Shown: positions 9,526-18,275 of the stretch, piece by piece
How the letters are laid out: each line of letters starts with the position of its first letter
Position numbering within the stretch: the first letter of the stretch is position 1
Origin: a virus
Lineage: Duplodnaviria; Caudoviricetes
Length of the DNA stretch: 43,174 nt
Virus record (IMG/VR): IMGVR_UViG_3300020043_001328
Location: 1 to 43,174 of that record
Reading direction: 5' to 3' (one strand)
Position numbers and translations under genes: made by a program
Notes under the pieces: model-generated
Seen by the model: the letters and a program-made list of their open reading frames with translations, nothing else
Told to the model about the DNA's origin: nothing
Databases searched by the model: none

Positions 9526-12500
9526 ATGGCGTTTGGTATCAATGATAAAGAAGTAGTGCAGGGTTTCGGTGTCAATGATGCTGTTGTGTCTAAAGGGTTT
9601 GGTGACAATGACAGAGTTGTAGAAACTACTGTTGCTGCACCACAGCAGATTGAACGCATGGCTGCTGCACAGCCTGCAAAGCCTGAAGTTGATTTGACCA
9701 AGCCTGCTATGGCTGCACCACGTCAACGTGCTACAGAGTTGCAGAAGGTGCAGGCTGCTGCAATTGAAGAACGCAATAAACCTAAGTTTGACTATCAAGA
9801 ACTCTATACCAATCCTGACCTGTTTAAGATTGTTACCGACTACAACAAGGTCGCCACTGGTAAAGAGTACAAAGAAGGCCAGAACAAAGAACAATACGTT
9901 GCTTCTTTCATGTCTGAGTTGCGTGGTAATGAGTGGAACACTTTCTCCAACATCGCAGCCCTTAACAAGCTGAAGAACTCTTCATTGCCTGACCGTGAGA
10001 AGCTGGCACTGGGCAACCGTTTGTTTGATCAAGTTAAAGATGCTACAGAAAAAGGTGGTCAACCCGGTGCTGCACCATTCGTTGATATTGCAAAGTCTGC
10101 ATTGACTGACTTGACCAACTACATTGGTTTCGGTACTGCTGCTGTAGGCAAGAAGCTCATTGCTAAAGAAGCTACTAAGGCTGCTACTTCTTCCATTCTC
10201 AAGGCTACACCTGCCGCTGTCACTGCTGCCACAGTAGGTACTGAAGCAGTGGTTGGTGCTGGTCAAAACGTTGTTGAACAGAAGAAGAAACAAGAAGTTG
10301 CAAAATCACTTGGTGAACAACCAGCAGAACTTGATGCTGGTCAAATTGGTGTTGCTGCTTTGTTTAGTTCTGTTGGTGGATTCTTTGAAGCTAAAGGAAC
10401 ATTGGCTGCTCCTACTGGTAAGTCTGGTGCTGAACAACTTAGCGACATCTTGAAGAAGAAACAGCTATCACCCAAAGACCCTAACGCTCCTGTTACATCC
10501 ACTGAGCGTGTGCTGGCTGATCCTATTGCACAGAACATGGACACTGTTGTTGAAGAGTTCATGAACATTCAAGGTGGTCGAATCTTGGATGAGGTTAATC
10601 CAGCAACGGCTTTGACTGATGCCAAGATTCAGAAAGACTTGTCTGCTCGTGCTGTACGTGTAGCGTTGCATGTCATTGAACAAGACCCTACATTCCGTCT
10701 TCGTCCTAACCAGAAGACCAGCACAGCTATTGCTGAAGTGTTCTCTCAGTTGGACAACATCGACGACACCTTGCTTGAACAGGCCATCCGTAAAGAAGGA
10801 TTGACCCCTGACGAGTTTGCTGCTGCTAACAAACTGACAGTGACAGAAGCTGCTCAGGTGATGCAACAATATTCTGCTGCCTCCAAAGTGCTTAAGCGCA
10901 TGACAGAGATTGACCCAGAACTCAAGAAGCAAGTTGATGCTTTGTTTGAGAAGCCCGATAGTCAAGTGTCAGCGCTTGGTCGTGTTGGTCAAGCTGTGCA
11001 GACTCTTGAGCGTGAGTCTAAAGCTTGGGTTGTTTCTGGTATTGGTACCACTGTTCGTAACGTTATCGGCACCACTGTTGGTTTGACATACAACTCTGCT
11101 GCATCGCTGATTGAAGGTGCTATGTACACTGTTGGTCGCACCTTGGATGGTGCTGCTAAAGGTCAACGACTCACCACAGCTATGCGTAGTCTTGGTGACA
11201 CAATGAGTGATGCATTTAGTGTGTACGGCTATATGGCTAAGGGTGGTTTGTCCACTGAAGTTACAGACACATTGTTGCAGCACAACCCTGCGTTGCGTAA
11301 CAACATCTTGAGTGCAACACAGGAAAGCTCCACCAGTGAAATCTCTAAAGCTGCTCAGGTCTTCAACAGTTTAAACGTTGCACAGGATGCCTTCTTCCGC
11401 AAAGCCATCTTCAACGCTTCTGTTGAGAAGCACATGCGACGTGCTGGTCTTGACATGTATGAAACCATTGGTCAGGGCAAGACAATTCCTGCATCAATCT
11501 TGCAGCAGGCCACTGATGAAACACTGAAGGCAACCTTCTCCTATACACCAAAGGTGCAGAAGAAAGGTATTCAAACCTTTGAAGCTGGTGCAGAAGCCGC
11601 TGGCAACTTGTTTGTTAAAGCTGCTGAGTTTCCCGGTGGTAGTTTGATTGCAACATTCCCTCGCTTCATGTCGAACGCCATTGCTTTCCAATACCGCTAT
11701 AGCATCTTCGGCGCTATGTCAGGTGCTGAAGACTTGGCACAGGGTTCGTTGCTGAAAGCTGCTGGCTCTTCCGGTGGTGAAGCTCTCATCCGTAAAGGTC
11801 AAGAGAACATTGCCAAGGGCGTTGTTGGTACCGCTGCGTTGGCTGCTGCATACGACTACCGTATGAACAACCAAGACACTGAGTGGTACAACATGAAGAA
11901 CGATGATGGTTCTACTGTTGACACTCGTGCCATCTTCCCATTAGGCCCAACACTGGCTGTTGCTGACTTCATGGCTAAGCGTAAGCTTGGTCTTGAACCA
12001 AAGACTGCCGAAGCTGCTGAAGCCATCATCGGTATGAAGATGCCTGCTGGTACACAGAATCAATTCCTTGACCAAGTGTTCGCCGCATTCTCGTCTGAGA
12101 AAGAAGCTGACAAGATTGAGATTGCTCTGGGTAAAGCTGTCGGTGACTTCACTGCTCGTTTCTCACAACCGTTTGTGTTCAAGAGCGCTTATGAATTCTT
12201 CGACTTGTTCCGTGAAGAAGGTGCTATTCAGCGTGACCCTAACGTCATCACCGCTGAAGGTAGTGGTGATCGATTCATCGAAGCTGCTGCCAACCGTGTG
12301 CAGTCTAAGTTGCCTGTATTGAAAGAGCAACTACCAGAAGCCATCCCACGCTTGCGTGAAGGCCCAGTGTACAAGGAAGGTGAATTCTTCTACAGCTTGG
12401 TTGGTGTGCGAGAGACACCTGAGAAGACCCCTGCTGAACAAGAGATTATTCGACTCGGTATCGATCCATACAAGCTGTATGGTCCATCATCGGGTGATCG

Positions 12501-14697
12501 TCTGTATGATCGTTCCTTTGTTGAAACTGCTAACCCGTTGGTCATTAACGCCATTGAGCGTACCACCGCGAACAAACGTTATCAAGCATTGTCTCCTACA
12601 GAACAGAAGCTTGCACTGACTAACGTTGTGCGTGATGTAACAAGCATTGCTCGTGACAAGACAGACGGTAAGTTTATGTCTGAAGATATTGTTCGTGTTA
12701 AGAAGATGCAGTTTGATAAGCTGACACAAGATCAGCGCAAGGTCATCAACGAACGTTATGCTAAAGATAACAATGGTGTAACATTGGAAGAAGCCAAAGA
12801 CTACAAAGCTGTTGACAAATACAACGCCATGTTGGGCAACCTAGCATTTGCAGCAGGCGGCTTAGTCCCTGCTTATGCTCTTGGTGGATTGGCAGCAACT
12901 AAGGTTGTTGGTAAGAAGCTCGTCGGTGGTGCTGCTGAGTCTGTGTTGGACACAGCAAAGAAGCTCAAAAGCGTTGCACCTACTCCTGCCGACACAGCAG
13001 CCATCGATGACATCATCAACAAACGCATCGAATCAACATCCCCTGTAATGGGTCAGATGACAGACATGTTGACTAAGAAGCCTGCGCCAAAGGCTGTGAC
13101 AGCCCCTACAGTGGTACCAATTAAGGAGGCTGCACCTACCCCACCAGCGCAGGTGATAGAGGCTCCTACGCCTTCTAAAGCATTCGCTGATGAAGACTAC
13201 ATCAAAGGCGAAGAGGCTATGTTGGAGATGTATACGCCTGCTCAGTTGAAGTCTTGGAAGGTTGCCAACCCTGAAGACTATGAGAACACTCTGCACAGCT
13301 TCACAGGTATGGCTAAAGGATTGAAGTCGTCTGAGATTCCTCCAGCACCGTTTGCTAAGAAAACCGATGAAGCTGCTGAGTCTTTGGTGGACGAAGTTGA
13401 ATATGACATGGATGGCAATCCTGTCAGCATTGGTGGAAAAGCTGTAGTTAAGAAGGCTGAACCAGTTGCTGATGAGTATGGTGTTGATCCTAAGTATTTG
13501 TCTGGTGATGTAAATAGCATTACAGGAAATTTCAATACCAATGCACGTAACAACGCAGTTGCTGCTATTAAAGAAACACGCGAAGACAGCTTCTTTAAAC
13601 TGCGTAACAATGATAAGTTTGCATCGGTGGATGATGATGTGTTGGGTGTGGTGTTGGGTGATTATCGATACTCTCGTGGTGTCGAACTCAATCCTAAAGA
13701 CCCTGCAATGCTTGATGATGCTGTCAAGCTGGCTACTCAGTACCAGAAACGTCTTGATGTTTTGCGTGAGAAGTACAAGGATGTACCACCTGTGAGGTTG
13801 TTCCACGGTCAAGGTGTAACAGAAGATATTGATAGTATTAAAAGATCAGGTTTCACCGATCCTACGAAGCGTGATGAGTTTCACTCAGAGATGTACGTGG
13901 GTGCTCCATCATTTACTAAAGACTTGAACTTGGGTTTCCGTGGTAGTCCATTCGGTGGTACCAAACCAGAGAACTATGTCGTCACTGAGATTCCATACGC
14001 TGATTATGTGTTCAACAAAATCAACATGGCTCCTGAGAAGTATGACAGGAAAGACATGAACACTATCCTTCGCGCTGTCACTGGCGCACCCGGTGTTGTT
14101 CGTCCGATTGGTTTGCCTCGTGCTGGTTTTTTGGAAACAGAAGACATGATGTTGGAAGCTGAGAAGCTTCGTGTCAAAGGCAGAAACGCTAAGTTGCGTA
14201 GTGCTGAGACAGAAGTGTCTGAAGCTTTACAACGTGGTGGTAAAGATGTTATTCGTGCTGAAGTAAAGAAGAACGAAGAAGTCATTTCAGAGTATATGAA
14301 GACTGCTCGTCAATCTAACGACCCTAAAGAGCGAATGAAGCTGGCGTACATGTCTTATAGTGGCATCAAAGACTTGATGAATAGCTATCTGAACATGGGC
14401 AAAGCAACATCAACTAAGACTGGTCTTGGTCAGCAGTATCAAGCTGCAATCAATACCTTCGCTGACTACTCAGGTATTCAACGTCAGATGCGTGAGGTCG
14501 GTGATATTTTGTGGGATGGTGGAGCCAAACAGAAAGCGCAGAATCTGTATGAACTCAGCGACAAGTTGAAGAAGTTTCAACAGACAGAGCCAACAATCTC
14601 TACCGCTGTTGATGAAGCTAAACGAACTAAGCCACTGGATGAAGTGACGAAGATGATTCCAAAGCTGGCAAAGGGTGGTCTCGCAACTCGTCGGTGA
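9526..14697 (+). CDS. Large internal virion (ejected) protein with candidate C-terminal ADP-ribosyltransferase-like domain
   Basis: 1723 aa, last gene of late module; three N-terminal FGxND repeats; AxGG motifs; RLFHG/PSFTKD/ETE near C-terminus. Confidence 0.75.
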   Translation: MAFGINDKEVVQGFGVNDAVVSKGFGDNDRVVETTVAAPQQIERMAAAQPAKPEVDLTKPAMAAPRQRATELQKVQAAAIEERNKPKFDYQELYTNPDLFKIVTDYNKVATGKEYKEGQNKEQYVASFMSELRGNEWNTFSNIAALNKLKNSSLPDREKLALGNRLFDQVKDATEKGGQPGAAPFVDIAKSALTDLTNYIGFGTAAVGKKLIAKEATKAATSSILKATPAAVTAATVGTEAVVGAGQNVVEQKKKQEVAKSLGEQPAELDAGQIGVAALFSSVGGFFEAKGTLAAPTGKSGAEQLSDILKKKQLSPKDPNAPVTSTERVLADPIAQNMDTVVEEFMNIQGGRILDEVNPATALTDAKIQKDLSARAVRVALHVIEQDPTFRLRPNQKTSTAIAEVFSQLDNIDDTLLEQAIRKEGLTPDEFAAANKLTVTEAAQVMQQYSAASKVLKRMTEIDPELKKQVDALFEKPDSQVSALGRVGQAVQTLERESKAWVVSGIGTTVRNVIGTTVGLTYNSAASLIEGAMYTVGRTLDGAAKGQRLTTAMRSLGDTMSDAFSVYGYMAKGGLSTEVTDTLLQHNPALRNNILSATQESSTSEISKAAQVFNSLNVAQDAFFRKAIFNASVEKHMRRAGLDMYETIGQGKTIPASILQQATDETLKATFSYTPKVQKKGIQTFEAGAEAAGNLFVKAAEFPGGSLIATFPRFMSNAIAFQYRYSIFGAMSGAEDLAQGSLLKAAGSSGGEALIRKGQENIAKGVVGTAALAAAYDYRMNNQDTEWYNMKNDDGSTVDTRAIFPLGPTLAVADFMAKRKLGLEPKTAEAAEAIIGMKMPAGTQNQFLDQVFAAFSSEKEADKIEIALGKAVGDFTARFSQPFVFKSAYEFFDLFREEGAIQRDPNVITAEGSGDRFIEAAANRVQSKLPVLKEQLPEAIPRLREGPVYKEGEFFYSLVGVRETPEKTPAEQEIIRLGIDPYKLYGPSSGDRLYDRSFVETANPLVINAIERTTANKRYQALSPTEQKLALTNVVRDVTSIARDKTDGKFMSEDIVRVKKMQFDKLTQDQRKVINERYAKDNNGVTLEEAKDYKAVDKYNAMLGNLAFAAGGLVPAYALGGLAATKVVGKKLVGGAAESVLDTAKKLKSVAPTPADTAAIDDIINKRIESTSPVMGQMTDMLTKKPAPKAVTAPTVVPIKEAAPTPPAQVIEAPTPSKAFADEDYIKGEEAMLEMYTPAQLKSWKVANPEDYENTLHSFTGMAKGLKSSEIPPAPFAKKTDEAAESLVDEVEYDMDGNPVSIGGKAVVKKAEPVADEYGVDPKYLSGDVNSITGNFNTNARNNAVAAIKETREDSFFKLRNNDKFASVDDDVLGVVLGDYRYSRGVELNPKDPAMLDDAVKLATQYQKRLDVLREKYKDVPPVRLFHGQGVTEDIDSIKRSGFTDPTKRDEFHSEMYVGAPSFTKDLNLGFRGSPFGGTKPENYVVTEIPYADYVFNKINMAPEKYDRKDMNTILRAVTGAPGVVRPIGLPRAGFLETEDMMLEAEKLRVKGRNAKLRSAETEVSEALQRGGKDVIRAEVKKNEEVISEYMKTARQSNDPKERMKLAYMSYSGIKDLMNSYLNMGKATSTKTGLGQQYQAAINTFADYSGIQRQMREVGDILWDGGAKQKAQNLYELSDKLKKFQQTEPTISTAVDEAKRTKPLDEVTKMIPKLAKGGLATRR

Positions 14698-14711
14698 TAA
14701 GTACCGACAAT

Positions 14712-14747
14712 AAAAAAAGGGGAGCCTATGTAGCTCCCCTTTTATTT
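14712..14747. terminator. Bidirectional intrinsic terminator
   Basis: A7-ggggagc-ctatgta-gctcccc-T4 between the two convergent arms. Confidence 0.9.
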
Positions 14748-14822
14748 GGGCAGAAGGACGAGAATCGAACTCTATCTACTTGTTTCACAGACAAGTGTGC
14801 TGACCATTACACTATCCACTGC
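14747..14822 (-). tRNA. tRNA-His(GTG), irregular acceptor and T stems
   Basis: cttgt-CTGTGAA-acaag anticodon arm, TTCGATT loop, G-1/C73 and encoded CCA; several stem mismatches. Confidence 0.7.
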
Positions 14823-14830
14823 ATGTTATT

Positions 14831-14908
14831 TGGTCTGTGTAGATGGATTCGAACCACCGATGTCCTGACCCCAAATCAGGCGACTTAACCAAACTAGCCT
14901 ATACACAG
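14831..14908 (-). tRNA. tRNA-Pro(TGG)
   Basis: CTGTGTA/TACACAG acceptor, cctga-TTTGGGG-tcagg anticodon arm, TTCGAAT loop, CCA. Confidence 0.92.
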
Positions 14909-14910
14909 AT

Positions 14911-14985
14911 TGGCTCCAAAGGTAGGGGTCGAACCTACGACCAACAGATTAACAGTCTGCTGCACTACCGCTGTGCTACTTTGGA
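14911..14985 (-). tRNA. tRNA-Asn(GTT)
   Basis: TCCAAAG/CTTTGGA acceptor, gcaga-CTGTTAA-tctgt anticodon arm, G73, CCA. Confidence 0.93.
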
Positions 14986-14994
14986 AAGGATGTT

Positions 14995-15024
14995 GTTATA
15001 TCACATCTTAAACGCTTCCTTCAA
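14995..15024 (-). promoter_or_regulatory. sigma70-type promoter for tRNA cluster
   Basis: TTGAAG-18 bp-TATAAC with extended TG, just upstream of tRNA-Asn. Confidence 0.6.
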
Positions 15025-15238
15025 TAGCTTCAACAAGCCTATGATCTTTGCTGTCCTTTTTCATTTTTTCAAGGTTGTCAAAGTAGGCACGATCCCAACC
15101 ACGTTGCCATTCTTTACCAGCTAAGCTGTCGGGGTCATAGCTGTTACTCAACCACCCTCTACTGAAGGCGTAATAGCCTTTGCCAAATTGAATGCTAAGC
15201 AAATGTTGAGGACGTTTAAACTGCATAACCATCTCCAT
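15008..15238 (-). CDS. Ribosome modulation factor (Rmf)-like small protein
   Basis: GY.A...G....Y.......W..GW pattern. Confidence 0.55.
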   Translation of the reverse strand: MEMVMQFKRPQHLLSIQFGKGYYAFSRGWLSNSYDPDSLAGKEWQRGWDRAYFDNLEKMKKDSKDHRLVEAIEGSV

Positions 15239-15506
15239 AGATTTCGTTGGACAAAAGATAACCCTCTAACTCCCACATCTTGTTGATAGCATCTTCATAG
15301 GCATACTTCTCACCAAGAGCTTTGTTGAATTTAACAGGGTTTACACATGCGCTTTTACCAATGATGAGAAAGCCACAATGTAAATGCATGAAGCACAACG
15401 TTGTAGTTGTGTCAGGCACTACATAGTATTCCACCTTCTTAGTTTTATTTTGCATGTCTGTCGTGGTGACAGAGGTTCGCTTGATAAGTTGTTCATGCTG
15501 GTTCAT
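15216..15506 (-). CDS. N4 gp49 / Sf6 gp66 family protein
   Basis: TTLC...GF.IIGKSACVNP..FN..LG...AYEDA..K.WELEGYLL; likely start MNQHEQ at 15506. Confidence 0.8.
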   Translation of the reverse strand: MNQHEQLIKRTSVTTTDMQNKTKKVEYYVVPDTTTTLCFMHLHCGFLIIGKSACVNPVKFNKALGEKYAYEDAINKMWELEGYLLSNEIYGDGYAV

Positions 15507-15666
15507 CTTCGCTTGCCTTCTCTGTGATGTATTGGTAGGCCAACACAGCAGCGATGTGTGCGTTGGATTCTTTGTTGATTGGTTCAGGGTCAAACAAGAT
15601 TTGCATCTCAAGACCACCGTCATTGTTGTCGGTAAAGATGATGGTGGCTTTATTAACGGGTGGCAT
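15493..15666 (-). CDS. Hypothetical protein (57 aa, not in ORF track)
   Basis: aaggag RBS; MPPVNKATIIFTDNNDGG...; fills the gap between neighbours. Confidence 0.6.
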   Translation of the reverse strand: MPPVNKATIIFTDNNDGGLEMQILFDPEPINKESNAHIAAVLAYQYITEKASEDEPA

Positions 15667-16141
15667 AGGTATGCTCCTTTAGTTGGTGGATGGGAAGGTT
15701 GTAACAATCGCTCTTAACTACATAGCCATTGTCGGGATCAATTGTACCCTTAGTCATGTACTTTGCGTCAAGCATATATTGCTTTTTCTCATACACACCC
15801 AAGAACCAGCCAATGCTGAAGTCGTTCTTGACACGAACAAAAGCATAATAGTCACACTCTTGAGTTGTATTTAAAGCAGCAATAGAACACTCATAAGTAT
15901 CCAACGGCTTGACAGAGGTCTGCTTAGTCTTCACATCCACTGTCTTACCGTTGCACAAGATGAGATCATATTCATAAGTGTTAGCGAGTACACCTCCCAT
16001 GACCTGCTGAGTAATAGCCTCACCTAAGAAGCCAGCTAAGTTGCCTGCTCCGCTGATGATGCTATTGCGTAGCTTGCCCATCTCTGCCGCCTTGTCTCGG
16101 GCAGTGACGAGCATGTCGCCTGTGATGACAACCTCAATCAT
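15653..16141 (-). CDS. Hypothetical protein, possible PD-(D/E)xK nuclease fold
   Basis: GE....YDL.....VDVKTK pattern. Confidence 0.65.
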   Translation of the reverse strand: MIEVVITGDMLVTARDKAAEMGKLRNSIISGAGNLAGFLGEAITQQVMGGVLANTYEYDLILCNGKTVDVKTKQTSVKPLDTYECSIAALNTTQECDYYAFVRVKNDFSIGWFLGVYEKKQYMLDAKYMTKGTIDPDNGYVVKSDCYNLPIHQLKEHTYATR

Positions 16142-16334
16142 CTTTCTTGCTCGGTATTAGTTCACCGATTTGATCGAACTGACCGAAGTAGATTTTGATG
16201 AAGGGTAGCAAGATGATGATGCCACTATAGGCATGCAACGTATCATGCTTTTCACCAGTGTCAACGATGTGACAGATGTCTTCATTATATTCAATGTCAA
16301 AGCCTATGCCTTGTCGCAAGTTGATGACTAACAT
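16134..16334 (-). CDS. Hypothetical protein
   Basis: Translationally coupled between phoH and next gene. Confidence 0.6.
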   Translation of the reverse strand: MLVINLRQGIGFDIEYNEDICHIVDTGEKHDTLHAYSGIIILLPFIKIYFGQFDQIGELIPSKKDD

Positions 16335-17083
16335 TATTGACGATCCTCATAAAGTGTTTTAGCAATGATGTAGTTCTTAACCAAGCTGCTTCGGACAATG
16401 TCGTCCATGCCAAACTCAAAGCGGCTGAACTCTCGCATGTCCTGCACAATGTCCAAGAACTTTGGCAAGCCTGTCTTATCATCCTTCTTCTTCAAGTCAG
16501 TTTGCCTGATGTCACCGCAATAAATAATCTTCGATGTATGACCGACACGGGTTACGATTGTGTCAAGTTCTTCAAAGGTCATGTTCTGGATTTCATCAGC
16601 CAACAAGATGGAGTTGGTGAATGTGGTTCCGCGAATGAAGCTGGTCGAAATGAATTCAATGTAGCCTTGTTCTGACAACCTGTCCCATGCATCCTTGCGG
16701 TTGAACAAGTCAGCACAGATTTGACGATAGGGTTGGATGAAGGTCTCCATCTTCTCGTTAGCGTCACCGGGTAAGAAACCCATGTCACGACTTTGCACAG
16801 AGCTACGAACAATGACAACTTTCTTGTAAGGACTTGCTTTATCCATCACTTCTCCAAGCGCTTTGTACAGGGCGATGTAAGTCTTACCTGTACCAGCAAC
16901 ACCATGCAGACACATGAAGTAGTCACCAGCGTTATAGGCATCGAAGAATTCCTTCTGCTTTGCTGTCTTAGGCTGGATCGTCGCCATGTCATCGAGGCGC
17001 ACACGCAAGCTATTGTTTTTACTAGCTGGTGATGGTGGCTCGTTAGACTGTGTTGGCGCTGCTTTTCGTTTAGTAACCATCAA
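16334..17083 (-). CDS. phoH: PhoH-like ATPase
   Basis: GVAGTGKT, GFLPG, RGTTF, DEIQN and GDIRQTD motifs. Confidence 0.93.
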   Translation of the reverse strand: MMVTKRKAAPTQSNEPPSPASKNNSLRVRLDDMATIQPKTAKQKEFFDAYNAGDYFMCLHGVAGTGKTYIALYKALGEVMDKASPYKKVVIVRSSVQSRDMGFLPGDANEKMETFIQPYRQICADLFNRKDAWDRLSEQGYIEFISTSFIRGTTFTNSILLADEIQNMTFEELDTIVTRVGHTSKIIYCGDIRQTDLKKKDDKTGLPKFLDIVQDMREFSRFEFGMDDIVRSSLVKNYIIAKTLYEDRQ

Positions 17084-17100
17084 TACTTCCTTTGGTTGTG

Positions 17101-17125
17101 AAGAAGCCCCGACATGGGGCTTCTT
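17101..17125 (-). terminator. Stem-loop between RNR operon and phoH
   Basis: aagaagcccc-gacat-ggggcttctt perfect 10-bp inverted repeat. Confidence 0.6.
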
Positions 17126-17133
17126 AGGGGATA

Positions 17134-17316
17134 TTATAAACTAGTTCCAATCTCTACAAACTCAAAACTGAGTTGCCAGAGATGTGCATAACTAGGTTGT
17201 TCTCGCAGCCAGTCAAAGAACTTATCTTGTGCTTCAGAGATTGTGTTTGCTTTGACGTGCAACACACCTTTGAAGACGTTGTTCTGACTGTTGTAGCTGA
17301 CGGTAAAGTTTCTCAT
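17134..17316 (-). CDS. Hypothetical protein
   Basis: ATGA overlap with nrdB stop. Confidence 0.6.
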   Translation of the reverse strand: MRNFTVSYNSQNNVFKGVLHVKANTISEAQDKFFDWLREQPSYAHLWQLSFEFVEIGTSL

Positions 17317-18275
17317 GCTGCCTTACCCCACACATCGTCCCATGTACCAGTCTGAGCACCCTTGCTGTAGTCTGTGACCTTCTGTTCAAAGAAGTTGGTA
17401 TGTGATGTACCGAGCATACCATCAACCCAAGGCAAAGGATTCTTCTTAATCTTGTAGATTCCTTTCATGCCCATAGAGATGAGGCGACGATCAGCAATGT
17501 AGCGAATGTATTGCTTCACTTCTTCTTTCGTGAGCTTCTCAACTTCCAGCATACCGAAAGCAAGATCAATGAACTTGTCTTCAATATCCACCATCTCTTG
17601 AGCAATCTTCTTAATCTGTTCAGGCGTTGTTTCATCTTGGTGATGTTTGACATATTCACGATATACCTTAATCATTCCTTCAGCATGCATTGTTTCGTCA
17701 GTGATGGACCAGCTAATGATCTGACCCAAACCCTTCAGCTTACCGTTACGTGCAAAGTTGAGCAACATTACAAAACTAGAGAACAGTTGCATACCTTCAC
17801 CGAATGCAGAGATGGTGGCAATCTTCTCAGCCATTGGAGCACCTTCAATGCGTTGCACATACTCATGCTTGTCCAGCATTTCTTTATATTGCAAGAACTC
17901 ATTGTAGGTTGACTCAGGCAAACCAAGCGTTTCAATCAAGTGAGCATAGGCAGCAACGTGCAAAGCTTCACGAGCAGCAAACCCACTCAACATCATTTTG
18001 ATTTCATGGTTACGAAACGCAGGGATGTAATGGTCATGATAGCCGCTACCAATATCCAAGTCACCCTGAACAAAGAAGCGCAATATCTTCGTCAGAAACT
18101 CTTGTTCATCTTTGTTGAGTTTCTTGTAGTCTTTAACGTCCTCAGACATTGGAACTTCACTGTGCAACCAATGGCTCTGCTCATGCTGCAACCAAGCGTC
18201 ATAAGCCCAAGGGTAGGTGAAGGGACGGAACGCTGTAGTTTCCGTATTCATTTTGTATTGTCGTGTCATAGTCAT
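17313..18275 (-). CDS. nrdB: Ribonucleotide reductase class Ia beta subunit
   Basis: EALHVAAY, EGMQLFSSF, DETMH di-iron motifs; NFFEQKVTDY tail. Confidence 0.95.
   Translation of the reverse strand: MTMTRQYKMNTETTAFRPFTYPWAYDAWLQHEQSHWLHSEVPMSEDVKDYKKLNKDEQEFLTKILRFFVQGDLDIGSGYHDHYIPAFRNHEIKMMLSGFAAREALHVAAYAHLIETLGLPESTYNEFLQYKEMLDKHEYVQRIEGAPMAEKIATISAFGEGMQLFSSFVMLLNFARNGKLKGLGQIISWSITDETMHAEGMIKVYREYVKHHQDETTPEQIKKIAQEMVDIEDKFIDLAFGMLEVEKLTKEEVKQYIRYIADRRLISMGMKGIYKIKKNPLPWVDGMLGTSHTNFFEQKVTDYSKGAQTGTWDDVWGKAA

Noticed and set aside
5783-13812. Long antisense ORFs (5783-6721, 8878-9894, 13033-13812)
   Set aside because: Shadows of codon-biased real genes; no RBS or recognisable motifs.
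14694-15124. + strand ORFs 14694-14888 and 14843-15124
   Set aside because: They overlap the terminator and the - strand tRNA genes.
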